Counted from the stretch's first letter, positions 47,102 through 58,593 are shown. The stretch: 64,000 nucleotides of DNA from an uncultured Planctomycetota bacterium (GCA_963737655.1 CAVTTN010000002.1:6912001-6976000), one strand, 5' to 3'. Notes: a model not told the origin generated them from the sequence alone. Numbers and translations: made by a program.

Positions 47102-47844
47102 TCACCGGGTCGAGACGAGCCTTCGGGCCGCCCGGGCGATCCGACGGAACCGCAGGGCCCTGGACCACGAGCCGTCCAGGAGCTGCGCGAGCTGACGATC
47201 GCCCCTGAGGTAATACGCATCCACCCGCGAAAGCGCGAGCGGATCTTCCCGGTCGTGGGCGAGGGCCAGCCGGGTCGTCAGGCCGGCGGAGAAGGCGTGC
47301 GAGGCGATCGCGCGGACCCTGGCGCCGGATTCTCCGTAGGGATACGCCACCAATCGGCACGGGCGGCCGGCGATGGCCTCCACGGCGTCTCGAGAGCCGA
47401 TCAGTTCGTCGCGGACCCGCGGATCGTCGAGCGTCGCCAGCCGGGGATGGGTCCGCGAGTGGGCCCCGAGCGTGATCCCCAGGGGGAGCAGGTCGCGAAG
47501 CTCCCGTTTCGAGAGCGTCCGCTCGAACGGCACTCCCGAGGGCTGGCCGGGCCACTGGTTGGTCTTCCCGAGGAAGTCCGTGACCGGGAACGCCGTCGCC
47601 TCGAAGCCGAACCTCGCGAGCGTCTCCGCGGCGGTCTTCAGCGATTCCAGGCCGTCGTCGAAGGTGATCGCGAACCCGCGATCGACCCTCGGCGCCCTCC
47701 CTCGATCCATTCCTGGAGATTGACCGATCGGAAGCCGCGCTCTCGCAAGGCCGCCAGACACTCGGCGAACCAGATCGGGTCGGTGGCCGTGGGAGAGCGC
47801 GCCCAGGAGAGCGAATGATAGGTGAGGATCGGCAGGCCGCTCAT
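47102..47844 (-). CDS. Polysaccharide deacetylase (NodB/CE4) (apparent -1 frameshift near 47695)
   Basis: LPILTYHSL in one frame; AITFDDG, GAHSRTHPRL and VAYPYG in the next. Confidence 0.88.
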
Positions 47845-48947
47845 CGCGACGTCGCCGCCCTTGTCGCGGCTCTTCGGGCGTTCGGCGTGCGGACGATCGG
47901 CGGCGAGAGCGGGACCTCCGAGCCGGAGGCGGCCGAGCGGTACACGGCGTCGATCATCTCCGTGGCCCGGCAGCCGTCCCAGCCCGTGCCGGCCGGCGAG
48001 GGGCCGTCGGCGTCGGAGTGCGCGAACCATTCGAGCTCGGACACCAGCGACGTCTCGCAGCCGAACCGGCGTTGATGGACCTTCTCGAACACCCTCTCGG
48101 CGAGATACCGGCGATCGACCCGGGTCCCATCGACCAGGCGGCCGGAGAGCCGCCACGGCGCCGTCTCGACCTTCAGGTGGCCGCCGCTGCCGCGGATCTC
48201 CAGGGTCAGGTAGCCCGATTCCAGGGTCCAGCTCGAACGGACCTCGGCCACGGCGCGATCGTGGTTGCGGAACAGGGCGAACGCCTCGGACTCGACGCCC
48301 CAGGGCAGGCCCAGGGTGTCGCGGACGTACCCCTCGGCCGCCACCACCTCGCCCAGGAACCGGCGGACGAGGTCGCAGGCATGGGGGCCGTTGTCCATCA
48401 GCGTCCCTCCGCCCGAGACCGCCCGATCGGCGTGCCAGCCGGCCAAAAACGCCGCGGTCGCCCTGTGGCCGATCGTCGCCCGGACGCTCTCCACCCGGCC
48501 GATCGACCACTCCGAGACCAGCTTCAGGGCGTCGTAAACCGGCGGATAGAACCGATGGTTGAACCCCACGGCCAGCCTCACTCCGGCGCGGTCGGCGCGT
48601 TGGGCGAGGTCCCGGGCGTCGTCGGGGTCGATCGACAGCGGCTTCTCGCAGAGCACGGACTTCCCGGCGTCGATCGCCTGGCGGATCGCGTCGTCATGGT
48701 CGGCGTGAGGGGTGGCGACCGCGACGGCGTCGACGCCCGGCATCTCCAGCCCTTCGGCCAGCGAGCCGAACGTCGGGACGCCCAGCCGATCGGCCCGGCG
48801 ATGGGCGGTCGCGTCGTCCGCGTCGCCCACGGCGATCAGGCGGATTCCCCGGGCCCGTTTCGCGGCCGAGGCACGCCTCGAGCCGAATTCCCCGAGGCCG
48901 AGGACCAGGAGGCCGAGGTCGGCCCCGTCGTTCCGAGTCGCGTCCAT
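47841..48947 (-). CDS. Gfo/Idh/MocA family oxidoreductase
   Basis: GLGEFG, VAVATPHADH, VLCEKP, GFNHRFYP and GGGTLMDNGPHACD. Confidence 0.92.
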   Translation of the reverse strand: MDATRNDGADLGLLVLGLGEFGSRRASAAKRARGIRLIAVGDADDATAHRRADRLGVPTFGSLAEGLEMPGVDAVAVATPHADHDDAIRQAIDAGKSVLCEKPLSIDPDDARDLAQRADRAGVRLAVGFNHRFYPPVYDALKLVSEWSIGRVESVRATIGHRATAAFLAGWHADRAVSGGGTLMDNGPHACDLVRRFLGEVVAAEGYVRDTLGLPWGVESEAFALFRNHDRAVAEVRSSWTLESGYLTLEIRGSGGHLKVETAPWRLSGRLVDGTRVDRRYLAERVFEKVHQRRFGCETSLVSELEWFAHSDADGPSPAGTGWDGCRATEMIDAVYRSAASGSEVPLSPPIVRTPNARRAATRAATSR

Positions 48948-49016
48948 GCCGGGAGACTCCTTTCGAGCGGTGGGAGGCCGCGAACGAAGAGGGGCGGACG
49001 GGCGATCGGTCGTCGG

Positions 49017-49901
49017 TCAGGCGACTCCTCGCGAGAACGTCCGCGCCCCGGGGCCGAGGAGGCGTCCGGCCGCCTCGCCCATCGACCAGGCGGTCAGGAA
49101 CAGGCTCAAATCGGGGAGCGCGCCGAGCCACGGCCCGATCGGCTCCTCGCGAAGCGACAACGAGCGGGCGATCCTCGCCAGCAAGACCGCCGGGACGGCC
49201 GGGGCCGTCGCCGTCCTCGCCAGGTTCGCCACGAGCGAATCCCCCCGGCCTCGCCACGCGCCGAAGCGGCGGGCATGGGCCACGCGATGGGCGATCGCCC
49301 GGGATCGCGACGCCCCTCCGAGGAACTCCACCAACGCCCCGGGGGCCGAGCCCAGCCGGACTCCCAGGGACCGGAGCGACCGATGCACCTCGATCTCCCA
49401 GAACCCCTCGCGCCACGAGTCGCGGACGGCCTCCAGCGCCGATCGGCGATACAGCGCGTTGTCCCCGGGCGGGTCGAACGTCGAGGAATCGGGCACCGGC
49501 GGGGCGTAGCTCGCGAACCTCATCAAGTACAAGGCCCGATCGACCCGGGACAGGCCCGGGCCGGCCGCGATCGGCCCGCCAACGCCGGCGAGACCTCGCG
49601 ATTGGACCTCCTCGACCAGGCCCGCCAGCCATCCTCGGCGAGGGACCATCTGAGTGGTCGAAAACGCCACGAACTCGGCGACAGACGATTCCAGGCCGAT
49701 CCCCCAGAGCTCGGGCGCCAGCCGATCCGGGCGGCGGATCAAGCGGATTCGCGAATCGTCCGGGACCGAGATCCCGTCGCGAGAGCCGTCGACGACGATC
49801 AAATCGCCGGCGCCCGCCACCTCGGCGGCGAACGCGGAGAGGCTCGCCTCCAGGATCGGGCCGCCCTCCATCGCGGCGAGCACCACGTCGGCCCGGCTCA
49901 T
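49017..49901 (-). CDS. Glycosyltransferase family 2-like protein
   Basis: LIVVDGSRD, EFVAFS, VGGPI, PPGDNALYRR, and its position within a GT cluster. Confidence 0.7.
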   Translation of the reverse strand: MSRADVVLAAMEGGPILEASLSAFAAEVAGAGDLIVVDGSRDGISVPDDSRIRLIRRPDRLAPELWGIGLESSVAEFVAFSTTQMVPRRGWLAGLVEEVQSRGLAGVGGPIAAGPGLSRVDRALYLMRFASYAPPVPDSSTFDPPGDNALYRRSALEAVRDSWREGFWEIEVHRSLRSLGVRLGSAPGALVEFLGGASRSRAIAHRVAHARRFGAWRGRGDSLVANLARTATAPAVPAVLLARIARSLSLREEPIGPWLGALPDLSLFLTAWSMGEAAGRLLGPGARTFSRGVA

Positions 49902-51019
49902 GGGGAGGCCTCCGCCGGTCGCGAGGAACGGATCGGCGCGTGAGGCCCTTTCAGGAGCCGCGGCCAGTGCCTGGCGATCGCGTGGTTCGAATGGGGGACG
50001 AACCGCTTGCGGACCGTCGCGATCGGGTCGCCGAGGATCTCGATCGCCGAGAGGTCGGCCGTGCCGATCCCGGCGGCCTCCGCGTAGGCGATGTGGCCGA
50101 TCGCCAGCGGGTCGAACCCCATGACCGCCGCCATCACCGCGTCGGTCGCCACGGGATCGGTCCCGGCGACGACCACGCCGAGGCGGATCGGCGTCCCGTG
50201 ACGCGGCCCCTCGCGATGCATCCCGACGAATCCGTCAAGGATGCTCACATGAGGCCGGACCCGTCGCGAGAGCGTCGCGAGGTTGCGTTGCAGGGCCTCG
50301 ACCGACCGCAGATAGCCCGCCTCCGCCTTCGTCAGCGAGCCGAACGCCGAGGGCCTCGCCTTCCCCGCCACCGCGTTCCGGAGATTGCGGGCCCGGCCCA
50401 TCGCTCGGGTCAAGACGTTCACGAGCGTCGAATCCCCCTTGAGGAACTCGACGGCATGCCGTTTCCAGCCCGAGTAGCCGTTGCCCCCCCGGCTGCCGTG
50501 CATCATCACGCGGTCCGACGGATGGAGGCTGGAGAGCATGTTTTTCAGGCTGAGCGTCACGATCGACGACACGTGAGTCTTCGCCAGGGCGAGCGACACG
50601 CGGCATCCGGCGTCGGCGATCGTCCGCGAGAGCCTGGCGGTCAGCGGGGAGCCGTCGGAGGCGGCCAGGCCGATCTCGTCCCAGCTCGACTCATCCTTGT
50701 TGAGGTCGAAGAACGAGACGGGGCGGCCGATCGCCTCGCGGACATGGCCGAACCGCTCGAACCCGGCCCTCGCGTCGCTCGCGCCCTCGGCCACGGTCAC
50801 GTGATCGGCGCCGGAGGCGAACAGGGCGTCGAGCGTCGCCGAGAGGGCGTCGGCGTGGGTCGAGGGGAGCTGCCTCTTGTGGCTGACGAGGTTCGGCTTG
50901 AGGACCGTCCTGGTCGTCACCACGGGTTTCAATTCGTCGGCGATCAGGGCGAGCGCCTGGGCGACGGCCCCTCGGCGGTTGTCCGACCGGACGACGGCGA
51001 CTCTCACGGTCCTGTCCAT
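49898..51019 (-). CDS. DUF362 domain protein
   Basis: VLKPNLVS, VTVAEGA, KTH..VTLSLKNM, ILDGFVGMHREGP and DPVATD. Confidence 0.85.
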   Translation of the reverse strand: MDRTVRVAVVRSDNRRGAVAQALALIADELKPVVTTRTVLKPNLVSHKRQLPSTHADALSATLDALFASGADHVTVAEGASDARAGFERFGHVREAIGRPVSFFDLNKDESSWDEIGLAASDGSPLTARLSRTIADAGCRVSLALAKTHVSSIVTLSLKNMLSSLHPSDRVMMHGSRGGNGYSGWKRHAVEFLKGDSTLVNVLTRAMGRARNLRNAVAGKARPSAFGSLTKAEAGYLRSVEALQRNLATLSRRVRPHVSILDGFVGMHREGPRHGTPIRLGVVVAGTDPVATDAVMAAVMGFDPLAIGHIAYAEAAGIGTADLSAIEILGDPIATVRKRFVPHSNHAIARHWPRLLKGPHAPIRSSRPAEASP

Positions 51020-52159
51020 CGCGACGGCTTCCCTGCCCGGGAGGATGGGGGGTTCGGCCCGCGGATCTTGGCCCCGTCGCCCGGTTCGGTCCTGACCGAG
51101 GCGTCCGGCGCCCGGCCCGTCGTGCGTCTCGGCCCGAGGCGGATCGCCAGGGCCAGCACCACGGACACGCCGCAGCAGCAGAAGTAGAGGTAATGTAGCG
51201 GGAACGCCCCGAGGGCGAAACCCCAACCGCCCCGCCTCGCCAGGAAGCGGTAGAACGCCCGGTTCAGGACGGCCTGGACGAGCAATCCGAGGACGAAGAT
51301 CCCCGAGGCGGCCGGCACGATCGGAGACGCCGCCAGGGCCAGCCAGCCCAGGCCGGTCGAGGCCACGCAGGCCCTCTGCGACCGGCTCACGTTCAGGTCG
51401 CTCTCGGCCGATTTCGACCGGAGCATCAGCAGCATCCACGGGACTCCGCGATGGAAGACGTCCGTCACCAGCACCGATCGAAGCGTCCATCGCTTCAGAT
51501 GAGTGGCCTGAACGTCGCGGGCCAGGACCGTCTTGAGCCCGGCCCGGCCGAGCCGATAGCCGAGCTCGATGTCCTCGATGGCCGGCCGGCGATAGAGCGA
51601 CGGGTCGAACCCGCCGATGTCGAAGAACGCCGAGCGGCGGATCGCGCCGCAGCCGGTCCAGAACGTCTGGGCGGGGCGGGCGTCGTCCCGGAAATCGCCG
51701 TCCTGGTGGACGTAATGATGGAGCAAGTTGCGATAGCGGCTGACCAGCCCCGGCGCGGCCGGCGAATCGTCGTAGGACCCGAACAGGGCGGCAAGTCCGG
51801 GGTCGGCGTCGAAGCGGTCCAGGGCCCGCCTCAGGGCGTCGGGATGGAGGACCACGTCGGCGTCGAGGAAGAAGACGATCGGGGCGCTCGCGGCCTCGGC
51901 CCCGGCATTGCGCGGCGGCGGGGCCCCGCGGCGAATCGTGCCTCAGGACCTTCGCGCCGAACGATTCGGCGATCGCGCCGGAGTCGTCGATCGAGCCGTC
52001 GTCCACGACGACGACCTCCGGGTCGTCAACGCCGGAGGAACACCGCACGCCCCGGAGGCAGGGCCCCAGGACGGCGGCCCCGTCGCGGACGGGGACCACC
52101 ACCGAGAGCCTCGGCCTCCGGAGCGGCGGGCTCGCCGGACCGGCGGGGAAATCGTCCAT
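51004..52159 (-). CDS. Glycosyltransferase family 2 (apparent -2 frameshift near 51910)
   Basis: LSVVVPVRD, VVVVDDGSID, GPAAA(R)NAG, FFLDADVV, GGFD, IEDIELGYRL and C-terminal TMs. Confidence 0.9.
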
Positions 52160-52367
52160 GACCCACCCTCGCCCGTCGTCTCGTCGCGGGCCGGAATGCG
52201 TCCCCGTCCCTGGGGTCGCCCGAACCCGCGAAGCCCGCCCCTCGCCGCCGTTCGTCGATGCGAGACCGAGTCGTCGAATCGCCCAGACGGCGGGGGTCGC
52301 GACGTGCGGACGGCTTGTACCCGGAAGCCGAAACGCTGTCAACGCAGGTGTTCGCGCTTCGCGGACC

Positions 52368-53770
52368 CTACAGGATCGCCCCGATCACCTCGCCGTGGAC
52401 GTCCGTCAAACGCCTTCGGATGCCGTTGTGATAGAAGGTCAGCTTCTTGTGGTCGATCCCCAGCAGGTGCAACACGGTCGCGTGGAGGTCGTAGACCGTG
52501 GTCGCCCCCTCGGCGGCGGCGTAGCCCACCTCGTCCGACTCGCCGTGGGCGAAGCCCGCCTTGAGGCCCGCGCCGGCCATCCAGCAGGTGAAGGCCAGCT
52601 GGTGATGGTCGCGCCCCTTGCCGCCGAGGCCCTGGGTGAACGGGGTCCGGCCGAACTCGGTCGTCCAGAGCACCAGGGTGTCGTCCAGGAGCCCCGCGCC
52701 TTCAGGTCCCGGAGCATCCCCGAGAGCGGCCCGTCCATCGAGGCGGCCTGGTTCCGGTGGTTCTCGACGATGTCTTCGTGACCGTCCCAGTTGATCCGGG
52801 GCGAGCCGAACGCCCCTCCGTGATAGAGCTGGACGAACCGAACGCCCCGCTCGATCAGCCGGCGGGCCATCAGGCAATTGCGGCCGAACCCCTCGGTCGC
52901 CGGCGAATCCAGCCCGTACAACCGCCGGGTCGCGGCCGATTCGCCGCGGAAGTCGATCGCCTCGGGGACGCTCGCCTGCATCTTCCCGGCGAGCTCGTAG
53001 GCGCGGATCCTCGCCTCCAGGGCCGAGTCTCCCGGGCGTTCCTCGGCATGCTCGCGGTTCATCGCCTGGAGCCGCCGGACGGCCGCGCCTCGACGACCCG
53101 CCGGCACGTCCTTCGGCGGGAACAGGTCGGCGATCGGCTCGTCGGACGATCGGAACATCACGCCTTGATGGTTCGCCGGCAGGAAGCCCGACGTCCAGTT
53201 GATCGCCCCTCCGGCGGGCTGGCCCCGGGGATCGGGCAGGACGACGAACGTGGGCAGGTCCTCGTTCTCGGTGCCGAGCCCGTAGGAGAGCCACGCGCCG
53301 AGGCACGGGAACCCGTTCATCGTGAACCCGCTGTTCATCTGGAACGTCGCCGGGGTGTGGTTCGACGACTTCGCCACCATCGCGCGGAGGAACGTCATGT
53401 CGTCGACGCACGAGGCCAGGCCCGGCAGCACCTCGCTGACCCACCGGCCGCTCTCGCCGTGCTGGCGGAACGCGAACGGGCTCTTCATCAGCCGGCCGAC
53501 CTGGCCGAAGAACGGCTCGATCTTCCCCTTGCCCTTCAATTCCTGGCCGTCTCGCTTCACCAGCTCGGGCTTATAATCGAACGTATCCAGGTGACTGACG
53601 CCTCCGCACGCGAAGACCTGAATCACCCGTTTGGCCCGAGCGGCAAAATGAGGAGGCATGCCCGCGTCGGCCGCCCTCGCCTCGTTCGCCAGGAGCCAGG
53701 ACAGCGCCACCGAGCCCAGGCCGGCGCCGGAGTCGAGCAGAAATCGTCGGCGATGAATCGGCCCGGGCAT
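52368..53770 (-). CDS. DUF1501 domain protein, Tat-exported, planctomycete type (apparent -1 frameshift near 52695)
   Basis: [60 protein letters not shown] and RLTDVHG. Confidence 0.92.
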
Positions 53771-53780
53771 CGAATCCTCC

Positions 53781-53892
53781 GGAGGGTGCATGCAATGCAC
53801 CGTCATGTCGGGTGCATGAAATGCACCAACCAGCGGCGGGCGAAGCCCGCAACCGCTCTCTCCCCGCATCCGGTGCATTTCCCGCACCCTAC
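53781..53892. repeat. GTAG-family REP cluster: two direct copies and one inverted copy
   Basis: GGAGGGTGCATGCAATGCACC (53781-53801), GTCGGGTGCATGAAATGCACC (53807-53827) and inverted GGTGCATTTCCCGCACCCTAC (53872-53892). Confidence 0.8.
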
Positions 53893-56858
53893 TCGATCCA
53901 GAGGAACTCCGACGCATTGAGGAGCATCCACGCCACGTCGTCCAGGCCGTTGGTTTCGGCGAGTTCGGCGGCCCTCGCCCGCTCGGCCTCCGTGGGCGAC
54001 CGCCCCAGGACGATCCGATAGGCCCGGCCGATCGCGTCGCCACCCTCGCCGGCCTCGCGAGTCGCCCGGGCCGCCAGGGACCGGGCCTGCCTCGCCACGA
54101 ACGAGTCGTTCATCATCGCCAGGGCCTGCAGCGGCGTGGTCGTGGCGCCCCGCCTCGGCGCCTTCAGCGACGGGTCGGGGCAGTCCAGGGCGTCGAGCAA
54201 CGGGTTCCGGGCCGAGATCACGTGCATCCGGTAGATCGTCCTCCGCTCGAAGGCCGGGCCGTCGGGATCGGCGGGCGTGTACATGTTGGTATTGAAAAAT
54301 TTGATCGTGAACGGCCGGAAGCCCGGCCCTCCCATCGCGAGGTTCAGCCGCCCGCCGGCCGAGAGCATCGCGTCCCGGACCTCCTCCGCCTCCAGGCGTC
54401 GCGGGGGGAACCGCCAGAGGAGCCGAGAGTCCGCGTCCTTGCTCGCCGGCAACGGTTGAAAACGCGACGACTGCCGATAGGCGTTCGATGTGACGATCAG
54501 GCGATGAAACGCCTTGAATCGGCCCTCGCCGTCGCGGAATTCGCAGGCGAGCCAGTCGAGCAGCTCCGGGTGGGACGGCCTCTCGCCGGCCGCGCCCAGG
54601 TCGTTCGGCGTCCCGACGAGGCCGACGCCGAAGTGATAGTGCCAGGCGCGGTTGGCGACGGCCCTCCAGGTCAGCGGGTTGTCGCGATCGGCGATCCACT
54701 CGGCCAGTTTGCGGCGGCGATCGGCCTCCGGGGCCCGGGCCGAGAGGCCGAAATCGGGCGACGGCCTGGCGATCGCGGCGATCCCTCCGGCGGCGACCTC
54801 CTCGGCCGGCGCCTCCACGTCCCCCCGGACCAATCGGCGAATCACGCCCGGCTCGGCCGGATTGGCGGCGTAGACCTTCGCGCCAGGAGGCGCCGATGCG
54901 ATCTGGCGGCGGACCTCGTCGCGCTCGCGGACCCTCGCCTCCCGCTCGATCCGTTCGGCGGGGGTCAAGGCCGCCAGGACCCGTTCGATCGGGACGCCTC
55001 CCGGCCCCGCGCGGAACGACTCGGCCAGCTCCTCGGGCGTCAACGCACGATCATAGATCCGCGCTTCCAGGACCTCGCCCGCGAGGAACCCGTTGCCCGC
55101 GCCCGAGTGGCGGAGGCCGATCAGGACCTCCGAATTCCCGGCCGAAAACGCCCGCAAGCCCTCGCCGTCGGGCCGATACGGAGGCGCATAGGCGGCCCCG
55201 TCGCGATAGACCGCGATCGTGCCGTCGGTCGCGTAGGCGATGGCCACGTGGACGGCCCGGTTCGGCGCGATCGGCTCGTCGGGGGCGTCCAGGTCGCGCG
55301 ATCGCCGGAAGAATTCGCTCCCGGCCATCCAGCGGGCGGGGACCCGCTCGCCGAAGACGATGCCATCGAAGCTCGTGCCGTCTCGCGATTGGATCGTCAA
55401 CGCCGAGCCGCCCCGAGATCCCGGGGCCGGGCGGACCCAGGCTTCCAGCGTCTTCTCGCGGAGGTCGCGGGGCAGGGGGGCGGACCGCAGGTAGGCCGCC
55501 TTGCCCGGGAGCCTCAGGGCGCCGTCCTCGATCGTCGCCCCGCCGACGAGCGTCCCCCCGAGCCGGCCCTCGGAGTCGCTCGGGTCGCCGTCGAACGACC
55601 ACCGGGCCCACGGCTGAGGCCCCGTCGGACCGTCGGTCCGGATCCTCCTGCGGCCCTGGGCCTCGATGGCGGCGACCTCGGAATTCAGGCGATCGACGCG
55701 GCTCGCGAGCCGGTTCGCGGCCTCGATCCGCTCCGCGGCCTTCGCCTTCGGGAGGGCGTCGCGGTCGCCGTGGCGGACCCCGGCCACGGCCGCCGCGAAC
55801 CGGGTGTAGTCGGCCTGCTTCACCGGGTCGAACTTGTGATCGTGACACCGGGCACAATTGATGGTCACGCCCAGGAAGGTCTGGCCGACCGCCGCGACGA
55901 TGTCCTCGATCTCCTCCTCGCGGGTCCGGGCCCTCATCACCGCGCTGGCCTGGATGTTGTTCGCCTCGTCGTACGGCCCCGAGACGAGGAACCCGGTGGC
56001 GGCGACGGTCTCGGCCGAGGCGTCCGGCAAGACGTCCCCGGCGACCTGTTCGCGGACGAAGTCGCGATACGGCCGGTCGTCGTTCAGGAATCGGATCACG
56101 TAATCGCGATAGGGCCAGGCATTCTCCCGCAACTTGTCATATTCGAACCCGTCGGACTCGCCGAACCGGGCCACGTCCAGCCAGTGGCGGGCCCATTTCT
56201 CGCCGTATCGAGGCGAGGCGAGCAGGCGATCGACGGCCTTCTCGTACGATTCGGGCGAATCGTCCTCCAGGAACGCCGCGATCTCCTCGGGGCCCGGCGG
56301 GAGGCCGGTCAGGTCGAACGTGAGCCGGCGGAGGAGCGTCCGGCGGTCGGCCGGGGGCGACGGCTTCAGCCCCTGCGCCTCCAATCGGGCCATCACGAAG
56401 GCGTCGACCGGGTTCTTGACCCACTCGCGGGCCGTCACGGCCGGCAGGTCGGGCCGTTCCAGGGGGCGGAAGGCCCAGCGGCCCTCCTCGGGGTCGGTCG
56501 GCTCCGACGGGACCTCCAGGACGCCCGGCCACTTCGCCCCGCCATCGACCCACGCCCTCAGGGCCGCGATCTCGGGGTCGCTCAGGGGCGATTTCGGCGG
56601 CATCTTGCGGGCCGTCGCCAGCTTGACCATCCGGCTCCGGGCCGATTCGCCCGGCACCAGCGCCGGCCCCGCCTCCCCGCCTCGCAATGCGGCCTCGCGA
56701 GAGGTCAAATCCAGCCCGCCCGACGCCTCCTCGCCATGATGGCACCGGACGCACCGGCGGACGACCGCCAGGCCGGGATCGTCGTCGGCCGTCGTCGCCG
56801 CCGCGCTCGCGGCCAGGACCAGCAAGACGCCGACGCAACCCCGTGGATCGAGCCTCAT
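53889..56858 (-). CDS. Planctomycete cytochrome c / DUF1549 / DUF1553 (PSD1) protein with an inserted LamG-like domain
   Basis: Signal peptide, CVRCH, WAFRP, NPVDAFV, YGEKWARHWLDVARF, CARCHDHKFDP, a LamG-like segment, PSHPELLDWLA and TTTPLQALAMMN. Confidence 0.94.
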   Translation of the reverse strand: MRLDPRGCVGVLLVLAASAAATTADDDPGLAVVRRCVRCHHGEEASGGLDLTSREAALRGGEAGPALVPGESARSRMVKLATARKMPPKSPLSDPEIAALRAWVDGGAKWPGVLEVPSEPTDPEEGRWAFRPLERPDLPAVTAREWVKNPVDAFVMARLEAQGLKPSPPADRRTLLRRLTFDLTGLPPGPEEIAAFLEDDSPESYEKAVDRLLASPRYGEKWARHWLDVARFGESDGFEYDKLRENAWPYRDYVIRFLNDDRPYRDFVREQVAGDVLPDASAETVAATGFLVSGPYDEANNIQASAVMRARTREEEIEDIVAAVGQTFLGVTINCARCHDHKFDPVKQADYTRFAAAVAGVRHGDRDALPKAKAAERIEAANRLASRVDRLNSEVAAIEAQGRRRIRTDGPTGPQPWARWSFDGDPSDSEGRLGGTLVGGATIEDGALRLPGKAAYLRSAPLPRDLREKTLEAWVRPAPGSRGGSALTIQSRDGTSFDGIVFGERVPARWMAGSEFFRRSRDLDAPDEPIAPNRAVHVAIAYATDGTIAVYRDGAAYAPPYRPDGEGLRAFSAGNSEVLIGLRHSGAGNGFLAGEVLEARIYDRALTPEELAESFRAGPGGVPIERVLAALTPAERIEREARVRERDEVRRQIASAPPGAKVYAANPAEPGVIRRLVRGDVEAPAEEVAAGGIAAIARPSPDFGLSARAPEADRRRKLAEWIADRDNPLTWRAVANRAWHYHFGVGLVGTPNDLGAAGERPSHPELLDWLACEFRDGEGRFKAFHRLIVTSNAYRQSSRFQPLPASKDADSRLLWRFPPRRLEAEEVRDAMLSAGGRLNLAMGGPGFRPFTIKFFNTNMYTPADPDGPAFERRTIYRMHVISARNPLLDALDCPDPSLKAPRRGATTTPLQALAMMNDSFVARQARSLAARATREAGEGGDAIGRAYRIVLGRSPTEAERARAAELAETNGLDDVAWMLLNASEFLWIE

Positions 56859-57049
56859 GGCCTGCCCTCCGCGCCCGGCGCGTCTCGAATCTCGTCTGGG
56901 TCGAGCATAGCCGGGCCGGGGTCGGAATGGAAATGGGACGATCCCCCCGCTTTCGCCGGGCCTCCGAATTTGATAAGTCTGGGAGGGACCATCCGCCGAC
57001 CCGCACGATCGGCCCGCCCCCCGATTCATCGATCCGAGGACCCGAGAAG

Positions 57050-58546
57050 ATGACCCGCGTCCGAAGCCTCGTCGTCGGAGCCTCCGTCGCGGCCGTCCTG
57101 ATGACGGCCGGGGCCTTGCCCCCCTCCTCGGCCCAGGATCAGCCCGCCGCCGCCGCCGCCAAGCCCGCCGAGGCCCCGAAGCCGGCCACCGTCAAGGTCA
57201 CGAAGGAGACCCTCAAGGTCGAGACCGCCCTCAAGGGCACCGTCGAGGCCGACAACGCCGCCGAGGTCTCGATCCGCCCCGAGGCCTGGGCCGGCGCCCT
57301 GACCGTCGTCAAGGCCGTCGAGCACGGCGCCTCGGTCAAGAAGGGCGACGTCCTGGTCGAGCTCGAGATGGAGAAGATCGACCAGGCCATCAAGGACCTC
57401 CGCATCGACCGCGAGCTCGGCGAGCTCTCGCTCCGACAGACCGAGGAGGAACTCCCCGTCCTCGAAAAGCTCCTCCCGCTGGACCTCGCCGACGCCGAGC
57501 GCGAGAAGAAGCAGGCCGACGAGGACCTCGTCCGCTACCTCGAAGTCGACAAGCCCCAGTCCGAAAAACTCGCCGAATTCCTGCTGAAGAACTCGGCCCA
57601 CAACCTCGAATATGTCCAGGAGGAGCTCAAGCAGCTCCAGAAGATGTACCGGACCAAGGACCTGACCGAGGAAACCGAGGAGATGATCCTCAAGAGGCAG
57701 AGGCACCAGGTCGAGGCCAGCGAATTCCAGCTCAAGAACGCCCAGATCCGCCACGACCAGACGCTCAAGATCGACCTCCCCCGCCAGGAGCAGAAGGCCC
57801 GGGACGGCGTGATCCGCCAGGCCCTGGCCCTGCAACGGACGAGGATCACCCTCCCCTCCGCCCTGAACACCAAGCGCCTGGCCCTGGCCAAGCAGCGCAT
57901 CGAGCGCGAGAGGACCGCCGAGAAGCTCGCCGAGCTGGAGAAGGACCGCGAGGCCATGATCGTCCGCGCCCCCAGCGACGGCGTGGTCTACTACGGCAAG
58001 GCCGCCCGCGGCACCTGGGGCGGGGCGACCGCCTACCTCGCCAAGCTCCAGAAGGGCGGCACGCTGACGCCCTCCGACGTCTTCATGACCGTCGTCGCCC
58101 CCCGCCCCGTGTTCGTCCGCGCCGGCGTCGAGGAGAAGGAAGTCGGCCTCCTCAAGGCCGGGATGAAGGGCAAGGCCGTCCCGGTGGCCTATCCCGACAT
58201 GATCATCCCCGCAACCCTCGCCAAGGTCTCCGCGATCCCCCAGTCCCCCGGCAATTTCGAGGCCCGGATCGACCTGGCGACCGACAAGGTCGCGGACGCC
58301 GACGCCCTCGCCCCCGGCATGGCCGTCTCCGTCACGATCGTCTCCCTGAAGAAGGAGAACGTGCTGACCGTCCCCGCCTCGGCCGTGTTCACGAATGAGG
58401 ACGACGACTCCAAATTCGTGTACGTCTTCGGGAAGGACGACAAGCCGGAGAAGAAGGCCGTGAAGGTCGGCAAGGCCGTCGGCGGCAAGGCCGAAATCCT
58501 TGAGGGACTCAAGGACGGCGACGAAATCCTCGCGAACAAGCCCTGA
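57050..58546 (+). CDS. HlyD/RND membrane-fusion (periplasmic adaptor)-like protein
   Basis: Signal peptide, lipoyl half-motifs VEHGASVKKGDVLVEL and IVRAPSDGVVYY around a long coiled coil, then VLTVPASAV and EILEGLKDGDEI. Confidence 0.88.
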   Translation: MTRVRSLVVGASVAAVLMTAGALPPSSAQDQPAAAAAKPAEAPKPATVKVTKETLKVETALKGTVEADNAAEVSIRPEAWAGALTVVKAVEHGASVKKGDVLVELEMEKIDQAIKDLRIDRELGELSLRQTEEELPVLEKLLPLDLADAEREKKQADEDLVRYLEVDKPQSEKLAEFLLKNSAHNLEYVQEELKQLQKMYRTKDLTEETEEMILKRQRHQVEASEFQLKNAQIRHDQTLKIDLPRQEQKARDGVIRQALALQRTRITLPSALNTKRLALAKQRIERERTAEKLAELEKDREAMIVRAPSDGVVYYGKAARGTWGGATAYLAKLQKGGTLTPSDVFMTVVAPRPVFVRAGVEEKEVGLLKAGMKGKAVPVAYPDMIIPATLAKVSAIPQSPGNFEARIDLATDKVADADALAPGMAVSVTIVSLKKENVLTVPASAVFTNEDDDSKFVYVFGKDDKPEKKAVKVGKAVGGKAEILEGLKDGDEILANKP

Positions 58547-58593
58547 GCCGGGCCCGCGTCCATCCCCGTCCTCACGGCCCTCGGGAGGTCTCC

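Noticed and set aside
53781..53892. Possible mini CRISPR array
   Set aside because: The units are 21 bp, one is inverted, spacing is irregular and no cas genes are present. It fits REP elements.
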